This document shows, in pieces, positions 13,370-25,579 of a stretch of 64,000 nucleotides of DNA. The stretch spans positions 28,336,001-28,400,000 of the forward strand of contig NC_086118.1 in NCBI RefSeq assembly GCF_963921235.1, given 5' to 3'. Numbering within the stretch: position 1 is the stretch's first letter; every line of letters begins with the position of its first letter. This DNA comes from Mobula hypostoma. Its lineage: Eukaryota. Below the pieces are notes generated by a model, which was given only the letters and a program-made list of their open reading frames with translations, did no database searches and was not told the DNA's origin. A program made the position numbers and the translations under genes.

Positions 13370-13750
13370 TAAACACAAAAATATCTGTAGATGCTGGAAA
13401 TCCAAAGCAACACACACAAAATGCTGGAGAAATTCAGCAGAAAAGGCAAAATCTATGGAAAAGGGTCAAAAGTCAACATTTTGGGCCAAGACCCTTCATC
13501 AGGAGTTCCGATGCTGCCTGGCCTTCTCAAGCACAATCAGCGCATGGTAATAAATGCTAGCTGGTGAGGCCAGAACTCACAAATTGAATTTGAGAGAACG
13601 CATGCTGGAACTCAGAGTGGAAAAACAATCAGCTGGAGGAACTCGGCAGGTCTGCCCTGACCTGATGTAGCGTCTCAACTCAGTGTCGACTGTCACTCTG
13701 TCTTCATGGATGTTGCCTGACATGGTGTTCCTGCAGCAACTTGTTTTATT
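13370..13750. mobile_element. Two degenerate Penelope-terminus palindrome remnants
   Basis: 'atctgtagatgctggaaatccaaagcaacacacacaaaatgctggag...gacccttcatcagg' plus a second decayed unit at about 13590-13750. Confidence 0.65.
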
Positions 13751-13785
13751 TTTCACTTAAATAAATGAGTCAGTGACTACTTAGA

Positions 13786-13997
13786 ATTCACAAACAAATG
13801 AAAATCTGCAGATGCTAGAAATCCAAGCAACACAAACAAAATGCTGGAGGAACTGAGCAGGACAGGCAACTCTATGGAAAAGAGTACAGTCAACGTTCTG
13901 GGTTGAAAGCCCTTTTGGCCTGAAACGTCGACTGTACTTTTTTCCATAGATGCTGCCTGGCTTGCTGAGTTCCTCCAGCATTTTGTGTGTGTTGCTC
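13786..13997. mobile_element. Palindromic Penelope-terminus mini-element with 11-bp TSD
   Basis: Inverted arms of about 80 bp; GACTACTTAGA repeated at 13775-13785 and 13998-14008. Confidence 0.85.
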
Positions 13998-14339
13998 GAC
14001 TACTTAGAGCTGCAAGGATCAGAAACATTGTCCTTGTCAATGATGTTGACATCCCTGGTTTATTCAATGTCATTGATAAGGCTAATAAACATTTCTTATT
14101 TTGTTTTAATCATTGAAGGTCATACTGAGCCAATGATGTGACCTATTATTGGGTGAGGGTACTCCCATGACCCTTTACTGTTGATGTAAGTAATCAAATA
14201 TCGGTATAGATCTGGCTCCAGTTTTTTGGACTGTCAAAAGTAAGTATCTATTCTGCTTATTGTGTTATTCCAGAAAGTCAAAGAGGAAACCGTATATAAA
14301 GCAGATGTGGAATGGTTATTCCATCTTCTTTTTCTTCAG

Positions 14340-14392
14340 GATTTGTGCGTCACCAATTACAGTTATCAAATCTAGCACAAAATATTAATATG
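14340..14392 (+). CDS. Weak candidate host exon (53 nt), product unknown
   Basis: Strong polypyrimidine acceptor tcttctttttcttcAG, donor GTaaat; only one frame is open (xFVRHQLQLSNLAQNINM). Peptide not recognised. Confidence 0.25.
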
Positions 14393-14889
14393 GTAAATTT
14401 GTGCTGTAAGCCATATGTTCCAAGGGCACCCTGTTCCTCTGCGGCAGTGATCATAATTAGTTTAATGTGTCAGAAGTCATCTGGCTACTGGATGGGAAGC
14501 ATCTATCCCAAATATAATTTTGATATTTGTTTGAAAGCCTTTGACTGAAAATCAATCCGAAAGTTGCTTAAAGACTCTTTCTTATTATTAATAAACACTA
14601 TAGTTTGAGGGAAAGTAACGGCACACCTTTTAATCCTGAAACAGTAAGTTAAAGGAAATGTCCGATTAAAGTTGCAAGAACTCAGATATTCTTCAAAATC
14701 GAAAGATATTTTTAGCATCAAAATGATTTTTTTTTCTCCTGATCTGACTAACTCCAGAGAAAAGGTACTACACCATATCCACAGGAGATACAATGTGAAA
14801 TCCTGATGTAAACCCCTATGGAAATGCTTGGCATCTATCCATCTGTATAAAATAAAAATATGAAGATGACGTAAGCACCGCAGGAAGTT

Positions 14890-15200
14890 TTGTTTATTCA
14901 CGCATGGGATATAGATGTCACAGGCAATGCCAGCATTTGTTAATGATCCTTTAATTGTCCTTGAAGGTGATTGTGAGTCAATGCCGTGAACTGTGAAATG
15001 CTAAAGGAACTCCCACATCGATGTGAGGGGAGTGACTTTCAGGAGAGTGACCACATTGGAAGTGAATTTGGAGGTAGAAGTATTTCTGTGTGGTAGGGTT
15101 GTGGTTTGGGCAGGTGCTGTTGAAGTCTTTGTACATAGTGCAGCCACAGTGTACTGGTGGTAGAGGGAGTGAACGTTTTAAGATCAGGTATGTGATCATG
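14890..15200 (-). mobile_element. Old CR1-type LINE 3' remnant
   Basis: Resembles the decayed block at 52530-52800; no usable ORF. Confidence 0.4.
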
Positions 15201-16214
15201 TGAAGTTTTTTTTATCTTCAGCCAAATGACATAGATTTAGTGTTATGTTACATTCTTCACTTCTGTATTATTTGACCTGTAACAGAATAGTTCTGCATGC
15301 AGTGATTTGCCTGCCTCTCAGGAAGTACATGAGAGTTCATCTGGCAGCATTTCGCTTTTCCTGTGAATTGATATAGATAAACAGAATTTTAATTGTTAAA
15401 TTCAGGCTTGTTCATTCATGCAAGACTGAGAAACGCTTGAATATTAAATTGTAGATTTTAACCCTTGAACATGTGTGCTCCTCAGTCATAAGAGAACAAC
15501 TTCTCTTTCTTTTAACCACCTCTGACCCCATTTCTTTCTCTCCCTGTTCCAACGGTGAGTGTTCGACTGAGTTCAGTTTCAGACTCTTTGATTTGAATAT
15601 TAATACATTAAAGAAAATAAATTTATCAGTAAGTAACTGTTGTGATAGCGGACAGGAGACCAAAAAATGTATGAGCATTAATTATTCTGTAAGGTTCACT
15701 AGAACAGTTGTGAAATATCTTGTATTCCATAAAAACAACTCCTCAAGATAATAAAAGCTTAAGAACGGCCTTTGTCCCTCTGTTGACCTCTCCAAAAATA
15801 GAACATCCCATTTAAGAAAGGGGAGCTATTGCCCAATATAATCTGTGTTTTTGCCCTTTGAAAATTGGTATTGAATTGGAGTTCATCAAGAACAGCAAAG
15901 AAAATAGAATTTTTTTAAAAATGCTTCAAGTTATTAAACCACTGTTGCATGGATCATCTTGACAACCATGGCTTTCTGCAGTTCTGGTATTTCCCACATA
16001 ATTTCTGCATTTTCCCTTTTAATTATCTCAAAGTTTCAAGACTGAGTTTTTGCCAAGAAACTCCTGGGCCAACTCTGGGACAAAAAAAATTCATACTGAT
16101 ATTTAACACATGCATTCTCTATATACAGGCAATGATGCCATACCTTTTCTAAGTTGTATGCTTTCATCATGTTCACTTCAAATATTTACAGCTCTTGATT
16201 ACCATCTCTATTAG

Positions 16215-16520
16215 ACATAAGACAAAGGAGCAGAATTAGGCTATTTGGTCCATCGAGTCTGCTCCGCCGTTCAATCATGGCTGATCCTTTCTCTCTCCCC
16301 TCAGGCCCTCTCCCCAGATTTTTCCCCGTAATCTTTGATGCCCTGTCCAATCAAAACTTATTAAGCACTGCCTTAAATACACCCAATGACCTGGCCTCCA
16401 CAGCTTCGAGTGGTAATAAATTCCACAAATTCAACACCCTTTGGCTGAAGAAATTTCTCCGAATCTCAGTTTTAAATGGACACCCCTCTAATCTGAGGCT
16501 GTGCCCTCTTGTCCTTTGAG
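16215..16520 (-). mobile_element. CR1 LINE 3' end
   Basis: RTRGHSLRLEGCPFKTEIRRNFFSQRVLNLWNLLP followed by a CR1 3' UTR. Confidence 0.9.
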
Positions 16521-17024
16521 ATTCTCTAAGGGGCAAAAAAATTCTTGAATCTGGACTTGTGAACCAATACTCCAGTGGGAGAGTCTGTTTGTTCGAGATG
16601 GATTTTGAGTGCCCTTCAGGAAGTGGTGTGTGCTTTCACACAGATCGAGGGTCCAGTATGCGAGTTAAAGAAAATTGCAAGATGAGCTCTGACTTATGTG
16701 CACATATGACTGTCTAATTCTGATGGGCTCTTTTGTTTCTTTCCTTTCTTTAATAACTGTTTGGTTAAATTAGCGTTCTTATACTTTCTCTATAATTGTA
16801 TGCAGTGTACGATCTGTTATTTCTTGCCAAAGGGCGATTGTATTAGTACCCATCATTTTGTACTCTTAAGGTATCAGATTTAATTTTTACCTCGCTTGTT
16901 CCTAATTTGTGCAGAGTCAAGTGCACAACTAGTAAATGTGATTATACTTTGTATTGCATACTTACAAATAGTAAAAAGACTTAATTCCTGAGAACCCGAA
17001 CACAAAAAAATTAGGTTGTTACTG

Positions 17025-17190
17025 CACTGTAGCAGGACTGAGAGAGTGCCTCGCTGTTGGAGGTGCCATCTTTTGGAGGAGAAGATAAACAAAAGCCCCG
17101 TCTTCTGATCTCGAGAAGACATCAAATATTCCATGCGCTCTTACAAAGACCAGTAATTTTGACCAGTAATTAGCATTTGCCAACATTAAC
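17025..17190 (+). mobile_element. Deu-domain SINE remnant (SacSINE1/AmnSINE-like)
   Basis: 'gactgagagagtgcctcgctgttggaggtgccatcttttggaggagaagataaac' resembles the Deu core as I recall it. Confidence 0.5.
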
Positions 17191-17374
17191 TAAAAATGAA
17201 AACATAAAATGCAAGAAAACCTCCGCTGTTCAGACAGCATCTGGAGAAAGAGAAAGTTAATGCTTTCTCTCTTTCCCAGTTCCAAGTGTCTTTGATCTGA
17301 AGCAAGTTAGGCTTAAGTTGCAGAGAGATTCAATGGCAAGATGGAAAAAATAAAGGGAGTTACTTAACTAATTT

Positions 17375-17680
17375 AGAAACACAGCGTGGAACAGTCCTTT
17401 GGCCTAACGATCTGCACTGTCTAATAATCCATCTATTTAATTGGCCTAATCACAGGACAATTTACAATGACCAATTACCCTACTAATTGCTATGTCTTCG
17501 GACTACGGAATGTCCAAAGACATAGTGGTGCTGTGTCTTAATGAAGCACCAGAAAAAACCTACACAGTCATGGGGAGAATGTACAAACTCCTTATGGAAG
17601 GTGTGGGAATTGAACTCTGAAATTTGATGCCCCAAACTGTAATTGTGTCGCGCTAACCACTAAGCTACCATGGTGCCACA
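17375..17680 (-). mobile_element. tRNA-derived V-SINE/HE1-like SINE
   Basis: Minus strand reads ggtagcttagtggttagcgcg (A box), gttcaattccc (B box), the V-core 'ggagtttgtacattctcccc' and a CR1-like tail. Confidence 0.75.
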
Positions 17681-17707
17681 TAGAGATATAGATAAAATAT
17701 ACGTATA

Positions 17708-19299
17708 CAGTGCCTATAAGAAGTATTCACCCACCTTGGAAGTTTTCATGCTTTATTGTTTTACGGCATTGAATCACAGTTGATTTAATTTGGGTTTTTT
17801 GACACTGATCGACAGAAAAAGACTTCTGTGTCAAAGTGAAAACAGATCTCTACAAAGTGATCTAAAAATTAATTACAAATATAAAACACAAGCTAGTTGA
17901 TTGCATAAGTATTCATCCCCTTCAAGTTTGTATTTAGTAGATGCACCTTTGGCAGCAATTACAGCCTTGAGTCTGTGTGGATAGGTCTCTATCAGCTTTG
18001 CAGATCTAGACACTACAATTTTTCCCCATTCTTCTTTACAACACTGCTCAAGCTCTGTCAGATTGCATAGCGATCGTGAATGAACTAGCTTTTTCAAATC
18101 CAGGCACAAATTCTCAATTGGATTGAGATCTGGACTCTGACTTGGCCACTCCAGGACACTAACTTTGTTGTTTTTAAGCCATTCCTATGTAGCTTTGGCT
18201 TTATGCTTGTAATCATTGTCTTTCTGGAAAACACATCTTCTCCCAAATCGCAGCTCCCTTGCCGACAGCATCAGGTTTACCTCCAGGATTTCTCTGTATT
18301 TTGCTGCATTCATTTTACCCTCTACCTTTAGAAGCCTTCCAGGGCCTGCTGTAGTGAAGCATCTCCACAGCAGCCACCACCATGCTTCATGATAGGGATG
18401 GTGTGTTTTTGATTATGTGTGGTCTTTGGCTTACACCAAACATAGCGTTTAGTCTGATGGCCAAAAAACTCAATTTTGGTTTCATTAGATCATAGAACCT
18501 TCTTCCAGATCACTTCAGTCTCCCACATGCCTTCTGGCAAACTCTGGCTGAGATTTCATTTTAGTTTTTTAACAGTGGCTTTCTCTTTGCTACTCTCCCA
18601 TAAAGCTGCAACCGGTGAAACACCCAGGCAGCAGTCGTTGTAGGCGCAGTCCCCCATCTCACCCACTGAAACTTGTAACCCCTCCAGAGCTGTTATAGGT
18701 CCCTTGGTTGCCTCCCTCACTAGCCCCCTTCTTGCACAGTCACTCAGTTTTTGAGAACATCTTGCTGTCGGCAGATTTACAGCTGTGCCGTATTATTTTC
18801 ATTTCCTGATGATTGATTTAACTGTACTGCAAGAGATATTCAGTGACTTGAAAACTTTCTTGGATTCATCTTCTGACTTGTGCCTTTCAATAACCTTTTT
18901 GCGGGTTGCTTGGAGTGTTCTTTTGTCTTCATGGTGTAGTTTTTGCCAGGATACTGACTCACCAGCGGTTGGACTTTCCAGATACAGATGTATTTTTGCT
19001 ACGATCAACTGAAATGCCTTGACTGCTCTAATTATTTGACTTCTAAAAACCAATTGGCTGCACCAGTAATGATTTCACGTGTCATATTGAAGGGGGTGAA
19101 TACTTAGGCAATCAATTGTTTTGTGTTTTATATTTGGAATTTATCTAGATCACTTTGTAGAGATCTGTTTTGTCTTTGACATGAAAGAGTCTTTTTCTGT
19201 TTGTTGGTGTCAAAGATGTCAAATTAAATCCATTCTGATTCAATGTTATAAAACATGAAAACTTCCAAGGGGGGGAGTGAATAATTATTATAGGCACTG
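17708..19299 (-). mobile_element. Full-length Tc1 DNA transposon (IR/DR type), transposase decayed
   Basis: CAGTGCC...GGCACTG termini with TA on both sides (17706-7, 19300-1); TIRs of about 210 bp with inner and outer direct repeats; transposase N-terminus (KKVIERHKS...STVKSIIRK) and C-terminus (CKEEW...YPHRLKAVIAAKGASTKY). Confidence 0.95.
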
Positions 19300-19369
19300 T
19301 ACATAGTATAGATGATATCTAGTTCATGGGTTAATGAACACTCTTAGACAGAAAAAGCATGATCAAAGA

Positions 19370-20755
19370 AATGAAATGAATGCTAGCATTGCATTTGCCT
19401 TCCTCATGACTGACTCAGCCTGCAAATTAGCCTTTAGGGAATCCTGTACAAGGACTCCCAAGTCCCTTTGCATCAAAGATTTTTGAATGTTCTCTTTTAT
19501 TTAGAAATTAGACACTTTTTCTACCAAAATGCAGGACCATATACTTCCCAGCACCATGTACCATCTGCCACTTCCTTGCCCAACCTCATAATCTATCTAA
19601 TTCCTTCTGTAGCCTTTCTGCTGTCTCAAACTACCTGCCTCAAAACCCACCTATCTTCGTATTGTCCGTAAGCTTCACAGAGCCATCAATTCCGTCACCC
19701 AAATCATTGACATAAGGTAAAAAGAATCAGTCCCAAAACAGACCCCTGTGGAATGACACTAGTCACCACCAGCCAACTAGAAATGCTCTCTTTATTTCCA
19801 TTCTTTGCCTCCTATCAGTCAGCCGATGCTCTATCCATACAGGTATCTCTCCTGTAATACCATGTGCTCAACTTGTTAAGCAGCCTCACGGGCAGCACCC
19901 TACCAAAGGCTTTCTGAAAATCCAAGTACACAACATCCTCCAAATCTCCTTTCTCTATCCTGCTTGTTGTTTCTTTAACAAATTCCAACTCATTTCTCAG
20001 GCAAAATTTTCCCTTGAGGAAACCATGCTGACTTCAGCCTATTTTATCACGTGCCTCCAAGTACCCCGAAGCCATATCCTTAACAATCGACTCCAACATC
20101 CTCCCAACCACTGAGGTCAGACTAACTGGCATATAGTTTCATTTCTTCTGCAGCTCTCCCTTCTTGAAGAGTGGAGTGACATTTGCAATTTTCCTGTCCT
20201 CCCAAACCATGCTAGAATCCATTGATTATTGAAAGATCATTACTAATGCCTCCACAATCTCTTCAGATACCTCTTTCAGGACCATGGGGTGTAGACCTTC
20301 TGGTCCAGGTCATTTATCTACTTTCAAACCTATCAATTTTTAATGCACCTTCTCCCTAGTAATGGCAACTTCACTCTCTTCTGCTTCCTGACACTCTCGA
20401 ACTTTCAGCATACGCTCGTGTCTTCCGCAGTGAAGACTAATGCAAGATACATATTCAGTTCATCTGGAATTTCCTTATCTATTACCCCTCTAGAGGTCCA
20501 ATATCTACTCACTTCTTTTTTACACTTTTACATATCTGAAGAAACTTTTGGTATCCTCTTTGATATTATTGGTCAGGTAACCTCCATATTCCTTTTCCTT
20601 TATGAATATTTAGTTGCCTTATTTTGGTTTATAAAGGCTTCCAAATCCTTTACTTTTTGATCTAGTATATGCCCTCTCTTTGGCTTTTATATTAGCTTTG
20701 AATTCTCTTGTCAGCTACAGTTGCATCACCCTGCCTTTAGAGTATTTCTTCTTCT
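19370..20755 (-). mobile_element. CR1 LINE ORF2 internal fragment
   Basis: Antisense match to the same RT segments as 6130-8860 (cagcatggtttcctcaag; the region homologous to GVPQG). Confidence 0.85.
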
Positions 20756-21097
20756 GTCCAAGTTTACACTATTTAAGCACAGCATTGGCTGTTGCAACAT
20801 TTTCCAATTTCCAAGCCTCTCTGAGCCGGAAGAGAAAGAAACAATACCAGATGATGATCTTCATGTATACTGTGCGCACCTGGATAAACTGCATGAAGAT
20901 ATGTCAGAGTGATTTTAGGATCTTCTCTCAGTCCAAATACCAGATTGGGTAATAAATCCATTCCTGAACACTCGCAATGAGGAATTGACAGGAAGGATGG
21001 AGGAAGAACTGGCCTCGCTACAAAATGACTTTGAGCTGAAGCCAAGGTTCAAAAAATCGTATCAAGATTTTTGGTTGTAGAAAGAAATCTCTGAATA

Positions 21098-21362
21098 TCA
21101 CAAGATATAGGAGCAGAATTAGGCCATTTGGCCCACTGAGTCTGCTTTGCTATTTTATCATGGCTGATTCAGTTTTCCTCTTGGCCCCAGTCTCCTGCCT
21201 TCTCCCCGTATCCCTTCATGCTCTGACCAGTCAGAAATTCTATCAAACTCTGCCTTAAATATACATAGACTTGGCCTCCACAGCAGCTTGTGACAAAGAA
21301 TTCCACAGATTCACCACTCTCTGGCTAAAGAAATTCCTCCTAACCTCCATTCTAAAAGAATG
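21098..21362 (-). mobile_element. CR1 3' end inserted in the hAT fragment
   Basis: 'caagatataggagcagaattaggccatt' matches the other CR1 3' ends in the window. Confidence 0.85.
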
Positions 21363-21649
21363 CCCAATGTTGTCCTACACTGCAGAAGATAGGTCCAAAT
21401 GTTGTTTATAACCTTTCCAATGTCATATTTAATGGAGTGCAGTTTCACTGCAGTCACTCAACTTCTTTCAAATCAATGAAACAGACTGCAAATTTCTGAA
21501 CACGGGGATCTGAGACTCCTTAGCTTGATGTTGAAAAGCTCATATCACTGCACCAAGCCCATCCACCTCAGGAAAGGTGAAAAAGCAATGAAGTAGTAAA
21601 TATTAGGACTACAAATGCATGCTCTAAATTTGTTGATGAAAATTGTGTT

Positions 21650-22050
21650 TTGGTTCCGCTTGGATCTCACAACCTGCCTATGGGTCGTAGGGGTGCTTGC
21701 ATGTGTCTTGGGCTAGTGAGGCCTGGTGGCACTCACCCCTCTCCAGGCCAGACCACAGCCAATATCCTCCAACTTGGCGGCTCGCCCTGATCTCGAACAA
21801 GTGACCATTGTAGTTCTTCAGGGAACTCATCCGCTCTGGCCGGTGACTTTGTCAACGAGGTCCTTTGGCCAGTGGTGCCATGTTAGCACCACCCTCTCAC
21901 ATCATTTAGCCCGCCAGCTGAAGCGGTGTACCGGGATTTGCCACTTGGAGGCGGATGTAAGACATTGAGGAGGTGGATGAGGACCCGCGATGTCCGTCCA
22001 ACCTACGAGGTAGAGTGCAGCTACCAGACATCAAAGGCATCACCTCTATC
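21650..22050. mobile_element. GC-rich unclassified insert in the hAT fragment (possibly an RTE-LINE 5' region)
   Basis: Abrupt GC increase bounded by hAT-like sequence. The family assignment is a guess. Confidence 0.3.
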
Positions 22051-22524
22051 CAGAGTCCCCTACACCCTAAAACTGTGTTTAAAGAAATAATTTTATTTGT
22101 AACTTTAAATAGATTTGAACAACATTTGCAATTATTTTGTTACTGCTTTAAATTTTCAGTTTAACTGTGCATCATAAATCAAAATTCTTAGCTTTTATGT
22201 AATGGCCGGAAAAGGGAAGGAGGGCACTGCAGGTGTGGTCCGGGAGCCAGGGGGATGGTAACCCAAAAAGAGTTTGGGAACCATTCATTTAGCACAATTA
22301 GTTTGCCATTTATTGAAGGAATTTTTAAGCAAAATGGAGGAGAAATTTGTATTTGGATGTCAGTGTCAAATGTGTAAAAGATTGCTGGCTACTGGCTGAA
22401 ATTAATGCAACTGAAAATGAGGGTCTGGTGCAAATTATAACCAAAATGCTCAATGGTGTTTATTACCAGCAGCTAGAATTCCTCCATTAGTTCTCCAGAG
22501 GTGGGGAAAAAAAACTTTAATTTA

Positions 22525-22578
22525 TGAAGAAATGTAAGTCACTATGGTGAAGAAATGTAAGTCACTGTGGTGAAGAAA
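22525..22578. repeat. 23-bp tandem duplication (2.3 copies)
   Basis: tgaagaaatgtaagtcact(a/g)tgg x2 plus tgaagaaa. Confidence 0.9.
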
Positions 22579-24243
22579 ACTGTTCAAAGTTTCTGATAAC
22601 GCTGGGTGTTGGTCTTGATTCAGTTGCAGGCTGTAGGCTCAAGTCCCACTCAAGAGGATTGAAACTACAGACAAAGCTGTATAAAATCCCATGGAGCTAT
22701 TTTGAAAACAGAATCCTGGCCAATATTTGTGCCTCTGTTAACCAGCCAAAAATAAAGAGTCTATTATCAGCCATTCCAATGCATTTGGGAACTTGTAATG
22801 ATGTGGATGGTGTCATTATTGATGCATATTCTTTCAGTGGTTGAAAGTGGAAGAAAATAGATATACAGTTTGCTGCAGTATTTCAGAAATATCTAATCCA
22901 AGAAAACTACCCTGATGTACTCAAGAAATATTTTGCCAACTCTGGAACCTCCCTTTCCAATACCACCATTTAGAGTGTGTGAAAATGCCGTGTTATTTTA
23001 ACCATCCTATTCTAAACTCTCACTTTAAACAGTCATAAATATCACACAATCTTCCACTGTTTTTAGTTTTTTTTGCTTTTAATAAGAAACTCTGTGCATG
23101 GTTTACTGGTTATAAAATTATTCTGAAGCATAATGTAACTTCCTAAGCGGCTTTTGCTGCTCTCCAGCAGTAGATTTTGAGCAACGATCCCAGTTTATTT
23201 TATCAGCTGAGATTCATGTTAGAAATACTGCCATTGGGGTGTTCTTTGGCCTGGAGAAAAAGAATTTATTTTACTAACTCTGCTGTGCCAGACCAGTAGC
23301 ATGATTTATATCTAAGAAAAAGCTGATCAGCTTTATTTTACATCCTCGTTAGTCCATTGATTTACTGAAGCCTGAATGAGAGCATATGAGAGTTTGTTAT
23401 GTTCAACATTATGATTATTTTGTTTAGAGAGGCAGATATACTTGGACACAATGGAAATAATTTTGCCTGCAATGCCTGTATTCTAGATGTAACTGACTTG
23501 GTGGGTACCTTGTTTATGCTTTACATTATATTTATAAAACATTCTCAAGAACCAACAGATGAATGAAAAGTAGATCAGAAGAAAGCTATTCATTGGTTGC
23601 CTGTTACTTCATTTTTCAATTCCTCTCATTTTGCATAAAAATTGTGACATTGGGAAAAGGGCCACAGACCCTATTTTCTGCTATTGGATGTACAAGCCCA
23701 GATGCACAAACCATCAGCATCAACTCTTTGAGGAAGTTTTCTAGCCAGGGTCATTGGTTTATCTTGATTTGATCAATTGTCAATCTCTTAGATTGCAGCA
23801 CATGAATTTAACCGAGATTGATGGTCAATCTTCTGTCAAATGTTGTGACCCTTTTGAAGCTGGAAGCAGTGAAAAATGAGAAAGGGGTGCCCTGACATTC
23901 CTTCACTATAATTTCTACTGCTACCTCCTCCCAGTTTTCCTAGCTAGCACTTTCACTGGTGTCTCTGTAGTTTCTTTCCCATCTCTGCAATCATCCTCAG
24001 CATCCCTGTAACCATAGCATTTTTGTCCTGTATTGCTCCAGTTCCTTGCCCAGTACAATTTCCTTCCATCCCTGTTTCTGCACTCAACTGCCTACAGATC
24101 TTTTTGCACTGACCATTAACTTGTACATTTTTCAAAAAAGTACAAGCTAATGCTGTGGTAATCGATAAGAAAGCTGGGTAATTTTTTGCGGGTGGATGAT
24201 TGGTGGTACAGATCTTCCATGGGTAATGAATAGGACCTCTTTT

Positions 24244-25579
24244 TGTCATGCTCCGGATTGGGGTCCCTTTAAATTTAGCTTGTTTATGTTACGATCCGGA
24301 CCGTTGATTCCCTGTTTTCCCATGTCCCTTGACTTTGGTGATTAGAGGCAATTAACACTTGACTGAACCGGTAGTTTATAGTCTTCGGTTTTCAGCCGTT
24401 CAGGGTGGAAGCGTCTGCAAAGTCATGGCGGGCCAATGTCATCTGGCCGGATCAAGCCTTGTCTCCGCCCGAAGCGAGTGCCGCTAATTCACCTTTCCTC
24501 ACCGGAGCAACCCTGTCCAGTTACCTCGCCAAAGCGAGCCTGCAAAGTTTCCTCTTCAAGGTGGGTCCATCAGTTAACACGCCGGAGAGAATCTAGAGCC
24601 GCTTTCTACTGTTCCTGGGCTGAGTCGAGAGCTCACCACTTCCCGGAGGCTCCAAGTCAAGTCCTGGCTCTGGGTGGCATTCAAGTACCATGTCAAGTCC
24701 TGGCCCTGGCGGCGTTCAAGTACCATGTCAAGTCCTGGCCCTGGCGGCTTCCCAGTTCTGAGTCCAGTCCTGGCCCTGGCGGTCTGTGATTCCTGTCCTA
24801 CCCCCTTGTCTGAGTCCCTTCTCTGCCCCTCTCGCCTCTAGCCCTCGTCTGCAGCCCCTGCCTGCCCTTCGGTCTAGTTCCATTACCGGAGCTAGATAGG
24901 TACTGTCTGGTGTTCATTCATGCTGGTCTTGTCTTGTCTTGTCCTTGCCTCCGGGGGTAAGTCAGGCCATCTTGCTGTTGCCCCGCGGGGAGTCACGTCT
25001 TGTCTTGTCCTCGCCTCCGTGGAGTAAGTCAGGCCGTCTTGCCGTTGCCCCACGGAGGGTCATTTTCTGTCTTGTCTTGTCTTCGCCTCCATGGGGTAAG
25101 CCAGGCCATCTTGCCGTTGCCCCGCAGAGGGTCAAGAGTCCCGGCCCTATGTCCTGTACCCAAGGAGGGGTCCCGACTCTGTGTTCTGTGTATGTGTCCA
25201 TGGTTCCATGTACCTGCTCTCCTGAGAATGAGGCTCTGTGTTCCCATGTTCCTCCTTTCCCTAGTCCATGTCATGTCCTTGCCTGGTTCTGGGGTCCGAG
25301 CCCAAGGCAAGACCCAGGTACTGGGTCCTTGCCCAGTCTCAGGCTCAGAGTCCATACCCTAGCCTCTTCATGTCTCCTCTAGTTCTGGGAGCCGATTCTG
25401 AGTCCAAGCCCAGACCCTTGGTCCCAGCCTAGTCGTAATCCTGAGTCCTTGTCCAGTTTGCTATTCCTGCTCCTGCCTGGCTCTCCTGGTATCGAACAAT
25501 AAACTAAATCTAAGTAACCTCACAAGATGTGTCTTGCCTTTGGGTCCACCCTTGCTCCCAATGCCCCGCCATTGTAACA
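24244..25579 (+). mobile_element. Solo LTR (1336 bp), Gypsy-like
   Basis: TGTCA...GTAACA; 5-bp TSD CTTTT at 24239-24243 and 25580-25584; AATAAA near 25498; internal tandem units of about 35 bp and about 60 bp. Confidence 0.9.

Larger units (their letters stand above)
20756..22285 (+). mobile_element. hAT (Charlie/Buster-like) transposase 3' fragment with right end and two nested insertions
   Basis: QFPSLSE...VYCAHLDKLHEDMSE*F*DLLSVQIPDWVINPF...KSYQDFWL...TFPMSYLMECSFTAVTQLL...NRLQISEHGDLRLL (hAT dimerisation region); TIR-like gtttgggaacca near 22272-22283. Confidence 0.8.

Noticed and set aside
14503..14901. 132-aa minus-strand ORF with a good internal acceptor
   Set aside because: No convincing donor or recognisable peptide.
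15412..15751. Opposing ORFs, one charged (EQGEKEMGSEVVKRKR) and one ending at a gtgagt donor
   Set aside because: Neither has both splice sites well formed.
24655..25130. Short direct repeats with variable intervening sequence, superficially CRISPR-like
   Set aside because: Eukaryotic context, no unique fixed-length spacers and no cas genes; these are LTR-internal tandem units.
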